Shown in pieces: positions 9,779 to 19,798 of a stretch of 39,870 bases of DNA (position 1 is its first letter; the number at the start of each line of letters is the position of its first letter). The stretch is taken from positions 1 through 39,870 of IMG/VR virus record IMGVR_UViG_3300014656_000056, one strand, 5' to 3'. Under the pieces are notes generated by a model, which did not search any database, was not told the origin of the DNA, and was given only the letters and a program-made list of their open reading frames with translations. This DNA is from a virus (lineage: Duplodnaviria; Caudoviricetes). A program made the position numbers and the translations under genes.

Positions 9779-10138
9779 ATGGCTATGCGTTTAGGCGTAT
9801 CTGCAACTAGGTGGGATAGTCATATTGAGGTAGAAGTATACTTCGTTGACAAGGATGTGACGCCTGTTGTTGTGCATCCGGAGTTGATCACCTCAGTTGA
9901 AATGTCGTTGCTGCATAACGAAAATACACTATTAACGGCTGTTGGTGATAAATACTATGGTAATGATGACGGCGCTATCCGCGCAGTATTTTTGAATACG
10001 AATCTGATGTTGAATAATTTGACTCTACGTGTGACGCTTACTGATACTTCTGATGTAGAGTATATACGCGATGTAATGGTAATTGATGGTGAGGATAATG
10101 AGACTGAACTAACCAACAATCGCATACACGGGTCCTAA
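9779..10138 (+). CDS. Hypothetical beta-rich virion-associated protein
   Basis: 119-aa ORF with alternating beta-strand pattern. TAATG coupling to the next gene. Confidence 0.55.
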   Translation: MAMRLGVSATRWDSHIEVEVYFVDKDVTPVVVHPELITSVEMSLLHNENTLLTAVGDKYYGNDDGAIRAVFLNTNLMLNNLTLRVTLTDTSDVEYIRDVMVIDGEDNETELTNNRIHGS

Positions 10139-10563
10139 TGTTGATATTTGCAGGTAAAAAGCCAAAAGCGGAAAAGAAGACTCCAGTGGTGGATCATATC
10201 GCCAGTTTGGTTTTTCCGAAGAATCTGAAAGGATTTGCGGCTCGGTACATACTGCTGAAACTCGTAAAGCAATTAGTGCAGTTTGGGTTTATGTCGGCTA
10301 CGCAAGGGCGCGCGTTAAAAAGTGATTCTATCGCACGCAAACGTGAGTTCAAAGCCTCCGTTGACTTGACCAAGATAGCTGATGAAGCATTCATGAAGGA
10401 AGATACTCCAAACAAAAAATCGTTGGTGGAGTATCTAACGGCTACCAAACAGGCAGGCATTAGCGAGAAACGTGCGTTAGACTTTTTGCGTGAACTTTTT
10501 GATCGGGCCACGCTGGATCTACTAGATATAACCGCGTCGGTAGATGACTACGACGTCTTATAG
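10138..10563 (+). CDS. Hypothetical protein (possible internal head protein)
   Basis: Translationally coupled ORF containing FKASV and ITASV motifs. Confidence 0.6.
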   Translation: MLIFAGKKPKAEKKTPVVDHIASLVFPKNLKGFAARYILLKLVKQLVQFGFMSATQGRALKSDSIARKREFKASVDLTKIADEAFMKEDTPNKKSLVEYLTATKQAGISEKRALDFLRELFDRATLDLLDITASVDDYDVL

Positions 10564-10575
10564 AAGGAGCTTACT

Positions 10576-11616
10576 ATGATTACGACCATACCTACCGATA
10601 TTTCGCAGCGTATCATGCTAGAGGCTGCGGCTGGTACTCCGCCAAAGGTGGGCTACTATCCCCGAGGAATCAATCCAGAAGGTAAATCCATATGGGACGA
10701 TGTTATTGATCAGAACATGGATACCTTTGTTTCGCGAGAGAAGCAATTCGATTTTACTCCGCACCCGGCAAACGACGTGTTGTGGGCGTACGGCATTTTG
10801 ACGTATATGGACGAAGCGCAAGACGCGGGTATGGTTCCGTTCGAAGGCGGGATGGCTCCTGATACTACTCCGGCAAAAGAACCCGTACCGGTGCCTGTTC
10901 CTACGCCGGTTCCTACGCCGGTTCCGACTCCGACTCCGACTCCGACACCGGCGCCTGTCCCGCCAGTAGACCCGTCTCCAGATCCGGAACCTGCGGATGA
11001 TGACGAGGACGCGGACGAACGCGAAGACGTTGTGTCGGAAGTACGCGATCGTCTCGGCAGTGTTAACAAGGGAATAAAGAAGCTTCACAAGGAAGCGCTT
11101 TCCTCTTTGAAAAAGGCAGGTCTCCCAGCCAAATTAAGTAAAATGAGCGCGCCTTACCCTGTTCCTGACAAACCTTTTTCCTGCTTCTATCACTCTGGGT
11201 CAAAACGTTTCTACATGGTTATTCTAGGAGAAATTGCCGCCAAACCAGAGGATCATCCCGATTTTGATTGGGATATCGTCATCGAAGAGGTAGCTAAGAT
11301 GGGGTGGGCTGCTATTGGTGAAGGGGACTCCGCAGAGTTCATGTTGCAGGACAAAACGCGCGGGGGCGACGGCGATGTTATCCTGTCCTATCAAGCTGAT
11401 GGTATATTTATCTATGATATCTATTGGATGAGCATGGATGAAGCGCGGGAGATAGCGGGTCCGGACGCAGGAAGTGTTCGAGAGGTGGCTGCTGGTTTGT
11501 GGGCAGCTAATGGCGCACTGCAAAGCACTGGCACGCTCCCTCCGGCGAGCGAACTGGACAGCCTACCGGATCCGAAATACAAGTTCACCAAAGATGGGCG
11601 CGGAGTCTATAGCTGA
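10576..11616 (+). CDS. Hypothetical two-domain protein with Pro-Thr linker
   Basis: AAGGAG RBS. PVPVPVPTPVPTPVPTPTPTPTPAP linker followed by an acidic patch. Confidence 0.7.
   Translation: MITTIPTDISQRIMLEAAAGTPPKVGYYPRGINPEGKSIWDDVIDQNMDTFVSREKQFDFTPHPANDVLWAYGILTYMDEAQDAGMVPFEGGMAPDTTPAKEPVPVPVPTPVPTPVPTPTPTPTPAPVPPVDPSPDPEPADDDEDADEREDVVSEVRDRLGSVNKGIKKLHKEALSSLKKAGLPAKLSKMSAPYPVPDKPFSCFYHSGSKRFYMVILGEIAAKPEDHPDFDWDIVIEEVAKMGWAAIGEGDSAEFMLQDKTRGGDGDVILSYQADGIFIYDIYWMSMDEAREIAGPDAGSVREVAAGLWAANGALQSTGTLPPASELDSLPDPKYKFTKDGRGVYS
10882..10965 (+). repeat. Short tandem repeats encoding a PT/PV linker
   Basis: GTTCCTACGCCG x2, then CCGACT x3 plus CCGACA. Confidence 0.8.
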
Positions 11617-11691
11617 TACCACAAACCTACTCATACCCACCCCACCTATAGCCGTATACTTATCACAGAAATTCTATTAGGAGCCTGAGTC

Positions 11692-12135
11692 ATGGCTATA
11701 GATCCAGTTCGCGTACATATCCCCAAAGAAGTCGATGATGGTGAATCTGTTGTGTTCATATTAGAAAACGAGTTGAACACTACATGTAATGACCCAGTGT
11801 GCTTTTTCTGGAACACTTCCGCTGAATCGATAACATTGCAGGTGGAGTATTTGTTGTCGTTCGGGGTTAGTGGTAACCCGCTGCAGGCAGGCGATTTCCT
11901 ATTCGACCTAGTTACGAGTCAAGTCGTCCTCACAGGGGCCAGGGTAGAAATTCCGATAAAAACGTACTCAAGTACACTCGTGAGCACTACTAGCACAGCT
12001 TCGCCTATCACTCATCGCATCACACTAACAAACGCATCGGGGAGTGATGTAATAGTGCGGTTTATTCTAAGTGGGTGGTTTGAGAACGATTTGCGTGCTG
12101 GCTCCAATTCGTTCATATATCGTCAAGGTGTGTGA
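11692..12135 (+). CDS. Hypothetical beta-rich protein
   Basis: AGGAG RBS, 147 aa, overlaps the next start. Confidence 0.65.
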   Translation: MAIDPVRVHIPKEVDDGESVVFILENELNTTCNDPVCFFWNTSAESITLQVEYLLSFGVSGNPLQAGDFLFDLVTSQVVLTGARVEIPIKTYSSTLVSTTSTASPITHRITLTNASGSDVIVRFILSGWFENDLRAGSNSFIYRQGV

Positions 12136-13964
12136 TGGAACCTAAACCGGCTGATATTGGTATCGCCGAAGAAGAGCGCAACCCAATAGATAAAGCTTCT
12201 GAGCTTGTTAACTTGGTTGTGTCCATGTTGAATTTGAAAGAATCCGACATTGACAAGCTCAAAAGTAAAAAAGCACTTCCCGCGCTCGTGCGGCTCGTAG
12301 TGCGTATACTGACGATAAAAAGTCGTATAGACAAATTGGACGAGCAGTTTCACAGCACGCACGACAGCACACTATCCTCCTTCTCAACCGAGTATGCTGC
12401 GATGTTGCGGGGCTATCTCAAGCTGCTGTCCGCTAAAGTCAAGGGTACCCCTAGTCGAGATGTATACGCGCTCAAAGCCATTCTGGAAGATAACAGAGAG
12501 GTATTTGACCAGCGCTTTAGAAAAACGGATGCGTTACTGCGTAGGCTGTATTACTATTACGCGTTTCATCTGTATAGGGATCGCATTCTGCCTAGGGGGT
12601 ATCCGAAGGACATTAGAAAAACTCCTAAATCAGAATACGACGCGTTTTCGTTATTGGACGCTATCGACGCAATCTCACGAGAGAAGGGGCGCCTTTATTG
12701 GTCGCTAGCTATCCCTTTCCTGACATCCAGTTTTACCAAGTTTTTTCGCAATTCCGGTGATGAAATGCACAGATTGACAGAAATGTTGAATACCGGTGAA
12801 GTTCCTATCTCCGATGGGCCATCCTACGTGTCCGCGTCCGTCCATAGATTGGAACTAAATAATGCCAAATTTGCCAAGTGGGCGATTGCTATTCTGGACG
12901 GTAACATACACAAAATGGCAGAGGAGATAGTTACCCCAAAAGCCTTTGCTGGGGTGGTATCGCCGGACACGCTAGGTGATGATTTATGGAAGATGCTAAC
13001 TTCCTACCGGCTGATAAAGGAGCTTGCCGACGAACTAGGCGCACCGTCACGTGATCTCAAAAAAAGCATAACAACGGCTTGGTACGCTTGGTTTGACGAT
13101 GTAGAAGACCGTAGGTTGCTGGGACGTAGGCTACGTGCTACCATGCGAGACGTGAAGTGTAAGCCCGGTAAGCTTAAGCATAAGCATTTGATCGTTGACT
13201 ACGAAATGCGCAATGGTACGTGCGTAATTGATATCGTGGTTAAGATAGATACTTTTGCAAATATGCTGATTGATTATTTAGGCGAACCGGAAAACTACCA
13301 TGTAGCTGATCAGGCTATGGAAAAAGGCGAACTGGAAGATAAATTGCGCAGAAAGCTTGAACAAAGCCGAGCAGCGTTCGATAATGTGCTGCGCTCCCGA
13401 GCGTTTCACAACTACGAAGTAAACGTAGAGGCCGAAGAGCATACGTTGGTACACGTAATCGTTATGACGCGCGACAACATACCGCAATGGGTATCTCAGT
13501 TTCCGGATAACATAGTAACTGGTTTGACGGACATGTTGGTAGAAAAGCAGCGTTCCTCCATTGGCGAGGAGCGTGACAATTTGATAGTGGCACATGATGT
13601 TGCTACAAAATACGCGGCACAAGTAGTAAACGTATCTGTAGATGTCGAAGTTAATGATCAATGGGTTACTACGGCATTGCACGCCGTTTACGCCATCGAT
13701 GCTGCGACGGAGGACGTGGTTGGCATAGTGCGCGAGACGATCGCAGAGGCTGGATCACGTAGTAGAACAAAAGCGTCCCGTAGAGAAATCATAAACGAGG
13801 TAAAGACACTACTAGATGGTTTGCAAAAACACCGACAAACAGTAGAGGTATCTGGAAAGATGCATTACGTGGTGTCACAAACTGATTACAGAATGCTTAC
13901 CATACCCATGGAAATGACTCCCAGAGAGTGGTTGAATTTAACCTACACGGAAATAGACGTATGA
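12132..13964 (+). CDS. Hypothetical 610-aa protein
   Basis: Long ORF coupled at both ends (GTGA, ATGA). Helical N-terminal half. No recognisable motif. Confidence 0.7.
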   Translation: MMEPKPADIGIAEEERNPIDKASELVNLVVSMLNLKESDIDKLKSKKALPALVRLVVRILTIKSRIDKLDEQFHSTHDSTLSSFSTEYAAMLRGYLKLLSAKVKGTPSRDVYALKAILEDNREVFDQRFRKTDALLRRLYYYYAFHLYRDRILPRGYPKDIRKTPKSEYDAFSLLDAIDAISREKGRLYWSLAIPFLTSSFTKFFRNSGDEMHRLTEMLNTGEVPISDGPSYVSASVHRLELNNAKFAKWAIAILDGNIHKMAEEIVTPKAFAGVVSPDTLGDDLWKMLTSYRLIKELADELGAPSRDLKKSITTAWYAWFDDVEDRRLLGRRLRATMRDVKCKPGKLKHKHLIVDYEMRNGTCVIDIVVKIDTFANMLIDYLGEPENYHVADQAMEKGELEDKLRRKLEQSRAAFDNVLRSRAFHNYEVNVEAEEHTLVHVIVMTRDNIPQWVSQFPDNIVTGLTDMLVEKQRSSIGEERDNLIVAHDVATKYAAQVVNVSVDVEVNDQWVTTALHAVYAIDAATEDVVGIVRETIAEAGSRSRTKASRREIINEVKTLLDGLQKHRQTVEVSGKMHYVVSQTDYRMLTIPMEMTPREWLNLTYTEIDV

Positions 13965-14296
13965 TTTCATGGTGTAATACACTGAAAGCTTGCGGAGATG
14001 TACGTACAGCTAACATGTTAAGGAGCGTTATAGGCGCTACAACGCGAATCAGGTTAGAGGGGTACCCTACGCTTGATTCGTGTATGCGTTATATATTGAG
14101 CAACTCGGTAACTCTGAGTGAGCACGCAGCAAATTTGCTGCGCTCGATCACAGCTAGCGTGGGTTGTACCTACGAACAAACGTATGATTGTGCGCTACGC
14201 ACACACGTAATACTTGTTGCATGCATGCAAGCTAATAGAGACGACTTGCTAGGCAGCATAGAAAACGATTTACAGCAAATCGATACGGTGGTTTGA
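13961..14296 (+). CDS. Hypothetical protein
   Basis: ATG 13961 overlaps the upstream TGA. Contains ITASV. Confidence 0.55.
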   Translation: MISWCNTLKACGDVRTANMLRSVIGATTRIRLEGYPTLDSCMRYILSNSVTLSEHAANLLRSITASVGCTYEQTYDCALRTHVILVACMQANRDDLLGSIENDLQQIDTVV

Positions 14297-14299
14297 GGT

Positions 14300-14355
14300 T
14301 ATTTTATGTGGTGTGATTGCTCTGTCGAGCATTCTATCAATAAGTACAGCTCGAC
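14300..14355 (+). promoter_or_regulatory. Candidate late-promoter motif plus leader hairpin
   Basis: TATTTTATGTG at 14300-14310. GTCGAGC/GCTCGAC stem at 14324-14355 with an 18-nt loop. Confidence 0.45.
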
Positions 14356-14387
14356 GAGTAGCTAGTTTAGCCTAACAGGAGGATACA

Positions 14388-15050
14388 ATGGCAAAGCAGC
14401 TGACAGTTTACAATATCGCGTCGGGCGGGTCTATCGTGCACTTAAGTAACGACAAGATCGCTAGTGGTGCGTCTCGTAGCTACGATCGTAAACAGGTGGT
14501 CATGGGGCGCTATGCTCCAGAAGACTCCTACGAAGCATCGCTTTATCGCGATCTTTTGGCCATGATTTCGGAGGCATCTCCAGTTATTCGCGTACTGTAT
14601 GACGGCATAACTTTAACAGCTACCACATTGGCTCTGTTGCAGGATACCGATGCGGAAGCGGATGACTCCATTCACGAATGGACAATTTCGTTTAATGACG
14701 GCGGTGCAGCGAACGCGTATGTGGCATACTGGATTTGCCCGCATGCCTTGCGTGTGACCGAAGTTACTTACTCAGCGGCAGTGGCAGTCACTGCCCACGA
14801 CACTAACTACGCAACCCTGTCGATATTCGATCGCACTGGAACAAAGACAGTGGCGCAACAGACTACGAAGATCACGGGCGGTTCTGGTAACGTTGCTCAG
14901 TACGCCAACACCAACCTGACGTTGTCAACCACAGCGGCAGATTTGGATTTGGCCGCAGATGACTTCTTGGAATTCGATTTGGCCAAGGCGGCTGCTGGTG
15001 TGGCTGTTGCTGGTGAATTGAAGGTGTCTTACAAGATGCTCGTCGGCTAA
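14388..15050 (+). CDS. Probable abundant virion structural protein (C-terminal beta-sandwich, head spike/decoration-like)
   Basis: AGGAGG RBS, own leader and own terminator like MCP. Ala/Thr-rich C-terminal domain (CPHALRVTEV...LAADDFLEFD). Confidence 0.6.
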   Translation: MAKQLTVYNIASGGSIVHLSNDKIASGASRSYDRKQVVMGRYAPEDSYEASLYRDLLAMISEASPVIRVLYDGITLTATTLALLQDTDAEADDSIHEWTISFNDGGAANAYVAYWICPHALRVTEVTYSAAVAVTAHDTNYATLSIFDRTGTKTVAQQTTKITGGSGNVAQYANTNLTLSTTAADLDLAADDFLEFDLAKAAAGVAVAGELKVSYKMLVG

Positions 15051-15071
15051 TACTTGAAATAGTAGCAGCAC

Positions 15072-15098
15072 AAAGGGGGCCGTATGGTCCCCTTTTTT
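15072..15098 (+). terminator. Rho-independent terminator
   Basis: AAAGGGGGCC-GTAT-GGTCCCCTTTTTT. Confidence 0.9.
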
Positions 15099-15136
15099 CA
15101 TCTTAACTTACCGCACCTATTTTGGAGATTGCTGCT

Positions 15137-18100
15137 ATGACATTGCAGGCACACCTTTCCTGGAACTCCCTGGACACTACGACGTTCTTCAATGACCGTT
15201 TGCGTTATAGATCGTTTCGTGGTATCTTTTCCGGGGGGCTCATTACGCCAGTAGCTGGCGCGCTACAGATAAAAGTAGGGGACGACGATTTTGGTGCGGT
15301 ATCGCATGATGGTATGGTTGTATGGGACGAGGGCGGTACTCCAACGACATTGAACGTCGGCTCTGCCCCCGCCGCCACGACGGTACTGTGGGTAGTGTGC
15401 TACGCAAAGTACAAAGCTCTGTACCCGCCCACATTAGCGTATCAGGTACTCACTGATGCTCAATACGCAGCACATCCAGAAAAAGATTATTTGATAGCGT
15501 TGGCTCGGTTGAATATGCCGCCAGCTGCCATAGACGTGCAACCGTCCTCGATAGACTATACGGTGCGCGATTCTCTTGACCGGCTCGGCAGACACACTTT
15601 TCGTGGCTCTGTTGCGAACGTGGCTGCGCTGCCTACCGGTACACCTACAGAAAACAGGGACGGAGATATCTACGTAGTTGTAGCTACGCACACTATGTAC
15701 TACTGGAATGAGAGTACCACTGCGTGGCTCACCTATTGTGGGCCATCCGGTCCCGCTGCTACCAGTATATCACAGTTTGGCGAGAATCACAAAACACGTA
15801 TTTCGGTGAAGTCCGGAGTGATAACCGACGCGTACTACGCGACTGGTACAGAGCTGGGCACGTTTGACGGACGCGCACTTGTAGTAGAGCAATCAACGTT
15901 GGCGGCTACGGTTGACATTCCTAATCTATGCGCTGTAGTGAATGGGCACATCGTCAATACCCCTTACACACGCATGGTGCTAGGCGCCGCAGGTGGTGCG
16001 GAAACATGGGATCTTATCTGGCTCGAAGTATGGCGAGAAAGCGTCGCAGACCCAACGGCTGAATTGTTTGCTCCCGGGGCAGGTCCAGGACAAACGTTCG
16101 CGCAAATGTCAGCCAAATTTGAAGCATTGACTATAGCTCCGACGCTATCCACCAGCTCGGTTGACGTGCACGCTATAGATGAGTTGGGCAGCGCTTGGGC
16201 AACCACAAAGTATCAGTTGCGCTACGCGTCTGGAATTACGGCTGCCGGTTATACCAGTAATGTAAATGCCATGTTGGATCCAGGAGTAAAGAATTTGGGC
16301 GGAAATGCGTTCACGTATCAGGGAATACAGGCGGCGCCACATTACCTGGATACTGTGTGGCATGCGGCCTACGCCGCAGCATACGACGGCCGTAGCTGGG
16401 CAATTCCTCTTTTTGTAATACGCAGAACGCCCACCGAGGCTGGACCTGCAAATCACATTAAGTGGACGCGTACAGACGACGGTAAACAGCAGATTTTTGA
16501 AGTTTATCCACGCACGCAAATAGATAAAAACAAAACAATCGAAAAGGCGGTGGATCGCAGCGCAGGTACTCGCACTAACTACGACGCCAGAGGCGGTACA
16601 AACGAGCAGTGGGCACAGCAAACACGTTTGGCGTCGGGTATTCTATCTGGTCATAACCTACCTATTGTAGGCAAACTTCGCACGGCCGCACTAGCGGCTA
16701 ATACGGTACGCATACCCGCCATGACTGTGTCTATTCACGGTAATTTGTTGGATATACCAGAAACTGATGTAGATTTGGGTACCGCTCCCGCAGGTACTAA
16801 GCGGCGGGATTTGGTGATTCTGTCATTGCAGTATGTCAAATATCCCACTGGGGATCACGTGTACGAGCCGTCTGATGCTCCGGTTGCTTGGAAAATCACC
16901 GATGATGAGGGCAGTATTTATCATCTATTTCTGAACTATGAAGTTATCAACGCGCTTACAACTACGGATCTGTTTACTGCTATAAATGGAAACGCCACCT
17001 GGGACTTTTCTAGCAAAGTTGTAACAGACACGAACACCGACCACGGACTGTTAGAGGCACCAACATACGCAGATAGCGCCTATCGCGTGATTAATTCCAT
17101 TGGGGTGTACGGGATACCGATAGCGTTGATACATCGACGAAACTCAGGCAACTACGATCCGGACACAAACGCAAATGGTGGAGGCGGCGGTGGAGCATAC
17201 GGGGCCCGTCCAGACGTGTTCACAGAAGCCGTGATAGAAAAAGATGACATACTAGACCTGCGTAGTTACGTGGTGCACAGAGACGGCGACCTCGCCCGTT
17301 TATGCGACGAAACGATGAACAGGGTAATGACCGGTAGTTTGCGCACGGCCATGGTGCCGCACCCGCTGATCCCTGACAGTGCTGGTGTGGTGCATCTATA
17401 TGCTGATTCTTTGACTTCCGGTGGTGCTGCTACTGCTGGATACCATCTGAATAGCGGGGCCTGGGATGGTGCGCGTACTATATGGTCCGAAGCGGAAGAG
17501 AACGAAGTAGTCGCCGCTAGTTTTATGCTGACCCCAGCTGCTGGTGGGTGGGAGTACATCGATCCTATAATCGGAACGACCCCTCCAGCTCCTATAATAA
17601 GTATGGAGTGGGATGGTAACCCAGCTAATCCTGGCGTTGTGACTATTACCGCACCAGTAAATGCGTTTCTGCCGCTGAACGCGTCAGACTCCCCTATTTG
17701 GGTGAACGGTGGATTCTACTATCAGAACACGATAGACATTGGTAACGCGTTGACTAATCTGAATGCCGCGTTCAATGGGTGGGGCTGGGCGATAATGGCA
17801 CTGGATGCCAGGGGGCAGGCACTCAATGTAAGTGTGGATATACCAGGCGCCTCGTGTGGGGCTATATTCACCGCAACTAATAGATTCTTCGTAGGATACA
17901 CAGCTACCTACCCAAGGGGGTATGCTGGGGACGCAGATGGTTACGACGCTAATGAAGGTACCTACGGAACACAGGATAAGCTCGTTCGAGCATACAGCGA
18001 CACCCTGTCTACCGACATACAAGTAAAGCCGCCCATTGCGTATTTACGGCAAGACGATGTAAGTGGCCTCACGGTAACATTCACCATAGGCGAGATAGAA

Positions 18101-19789
18101 GCCGCGTGTGGAGTACCTGCAGGTACTGTACGAGTTGTTGGACTAGACACGGATAGGGATCTACTTGCTCCGACATATGACCCGCTAGATTGGTACGCAC
18201 GCTTTCCCCGGCTTACCGTTGTAGGTATGGTTCCGAGCGCAAACGACATAGCTAGTGTAGTTCAGAACGCCGCTGGTGATTTGATATTTACATTGACAGT
18301 TCCGCTAGTCAAGGACGTGGTTGAATTTGTATTTCCATACATACGAATTGGCGCGGCCGAGGAAACTGCTAGTATGTGGGTGGAGCTTGGTAAAGGCAGT
18401 AAATCAATCCATGGCATATTCGCGTGGGCAGAGGCATCCATAACCGTTCCAGTGAGTCATACGGGCGCGGCGGATAAGTTTTACATAGGTATTGATGACT
18501 TTTCGATTCCTAGTTTTCCTGGCGCGGACCTATCTCACGCGTTCTTTCGTAGGGGGTCCGAAGGGCACGACGTCTACTGCTGGCTTGACACTGGCGCGGG
18601 CACCTACCAACTGTTACTAACGGGCGGAGTAGCTACCGACTATAGTTTGAATCTATCGTTCCCTGGGTTTGCGTTATTGTCCAACTATGGAACTGTGCTT
18701 GAATGGGTCGATGGTTCCATATACGCACCAGCCGATGTAATTCGTGTGTACGCTGTAGTATGGATTCCGCCTAATTCCGATTACGGCGAACTGTTATTGC
18801 ACTATCAGGGTACCCCGTACATGGGTCTGTATTCTGCGTTAGGGTGGGACGAAGAGCGTTTTTATGGCAAAGTTGAAGCCGTTTCCGACGTGGTTTACAC
18901 TACGTATGGACCAGGTATGCGCCGATTCAACGACTATTCAGTAGTCGTAGCGAACCCGCAAATATACTCAGCTAGTGACGAGAGCTACTACCCAGCTATT
19001 TGTCCAATACTTACCTATGGTGCGGAACTGCGCTCTCCCGATTTCTACGATTTCGATAAGAGAATAGAATCTGATCTGTATTTCCACACGCCGCAGTACT
19101 ACGCACCAAACGCGACAACAGGTACGGCCGAATCATGGTATATTATAGGAGACCCAATAGCATGGGAAGATCTGGCAACAGAACAGTCTACTTCGCAAAT
19201 GATTTGCAGACAGAGAGCCGACGCATATCGAGGAGGACCATCTAATCTGGCCAACCCGTCTGATCGTGGTCGGCTACTTCAGCCCGGTATATTGATTCGT
19301 AAGCCTGCTGGATTTGATGCTACCCGCACGGCAGGAGAGGTAAATGCCGGGGCTACCCAAGGTATGCACTATACGTACACTACTGTAGCTAACACGTGGT
19401 TGACACGGCATATCGCTTCAATAATTCCAGGCGAATCTGACTGCACAGCAGACTACCGCCAATACCTGCAAGGCCAGGCGAGCTTGAGAACTACGGGGGA
19501 GCTTATAGGCTGGGGCTACGAAAATAGATACAACACCGTATCTGTGTCAACGCTGCTGCAGTACACGGAAACTAAGGGCATATCTTTGGTAGGTTATCTA
19601 CTCAACACCTTTGAGGAAGTGTATGGCGCGGGTAATGGTCAGCCGGGTCTCGTGTTTATTGTTTTCAGTGATAGGATTGTACCCACGGTCACAGTACCAA
19701 AATCGCCAGGTTGCGTTTTTGATAGCTGGTTTCCCCTGTACCGTCCAGTATTACCAGCCGATCATACGGTCTACCCGAGTACACTGTAA
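15137..19789 (+). CDS. Large virion protein, tail-fibre/baseplate-like (paralog A)
   Basis: ATG 15137 after GGAG, about 1550 aa, beta-rich. GSVANVAALP...DGDIYVV fibre-type motif. IPIALIHRRN...RPD...DDILDLR motif. Confidence 0.65.
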   Translation: MTLQAHLSWNSLDTTTFFNDRLRYRSFRGIFSGGLITPVAGALQIKVGDDDFGAVSHDGMVVWDEGGTPTTLNVGSAPAATTVLWVVCYAKYKALYPPTLAYQVLTDAQYAAHPEKDYLIALARLNMPPAAIDVQPSSIDYTVRDSLDRLGRHTFRGSVANVAALPTGTPTENRDGDIYVVVATHTMYYWNESTTAWLTYCGPSGPAATSISQFGENHKTRISVKSGVITDAYYATGTELGTFDGRALVVEQSTLAATVDIPNLCAVVNGHIVNTPYTRMVLGAAGGAETWDLIWLEVWRESVADPTAELFAPGAGPGQTFAQMSAKFEALTIAPTLSTSSVDVHAIDELGSAWATTKYQLRYASGITAAGYTSNVNAMLDPGVKNLGGNAFTYQGIQAAPHYLDTVWHAAYAAAYDGRSWAIPLFVIRRTPTEAGPANHIKWTRTDDGKQQIFEVYPRTQIDKNKTIEKAVDRSAGTRTNYDARGGTNEQWAQQTRLASGILSGHNLPIVGKLRTAALAANTVRIPAMTVSIHGNLLDIPETDVDLGTAPAGTKRRDLVILSLQYVKYPTGDHVYEPSDAPVAWKITDDEGSIYHLFLNYEVINALTTTDLFTAINGNATWDFSSKVVTDTNTDHGLLEAPTYADSAYRVINSIGVYGIPIALIHRRNSGNYDPDTNANGGGGGGAYGARPDVFTEAVIEKDDILDLRSYVVHRDGDLARLCDETMNRVMTGSLRTAMVPHPLIPDSAGVVHLYADSLTSGGAATAGYHLNSGAWDGARTIWSEAEENEVVAASFMLTPAAGGWEYIDPIIGTTPPAPIISMEWDGNPANPGVVTITAPVNAFLPLNASDSPIWVNGGFYYQNTIDIGNALTNLNAAFNGWGWAIMALDARGQALNVSVDIPGASCGAIFTATNRFFVGYTATYPRGYAGDADGYDANEGTYGTQDKLVRAYSDTLSTDIQVKPPIAYLRQDDVSGLTVTFTIGEIEAACGVPAGTVRVVGLDTDRDLLAPTYDPLDWYARFPRLTVVGMVPSANDIASVVQNAAGDLIFTLTVPLVKDVVEFVFPYIRIGAAEETASMWVELGKGSKSIHGIFAWAEASITVPVSHTGAADKFYIGIDDFSIPSFPGADLSHAFFRRGSEGHDVYCWLDTGAGTYQLLLTGGVATDYSLNLSFPGFALLSNYGTVLEWVDGSIYAPADVIRVYAVVWIPPNSDYGELLLHYQGTPYMGLYSALGWDEERFYGKVEAVSDVVYTTYGPGMRRFNDYSVVVANPQIYSASDESYYPAICPILTYGAELRSPDFYDFDKRIESDLYFHTPQYYAPNATTGTAESWYIIGDPIAWEDLATEQSTSQMICRQRADAYRGGPSNLANPSDRGRLLQPGILIRKPAGFDATRTAGEVNAGATQGMHYTYTTVANTWLTRHIASIIPGESDCTADYRQYLQGQASLRTTGELIGWGYENRYNTVSVSTLLQYTETKGISLVGYLLNTFEEVYGAGNGQPGLVFIVFSDRIVPTVTVPKSPGCVFDSWFPLYRPVLPADHTVYPSTL

Positions 19790-19798
19790 GGACAACAG

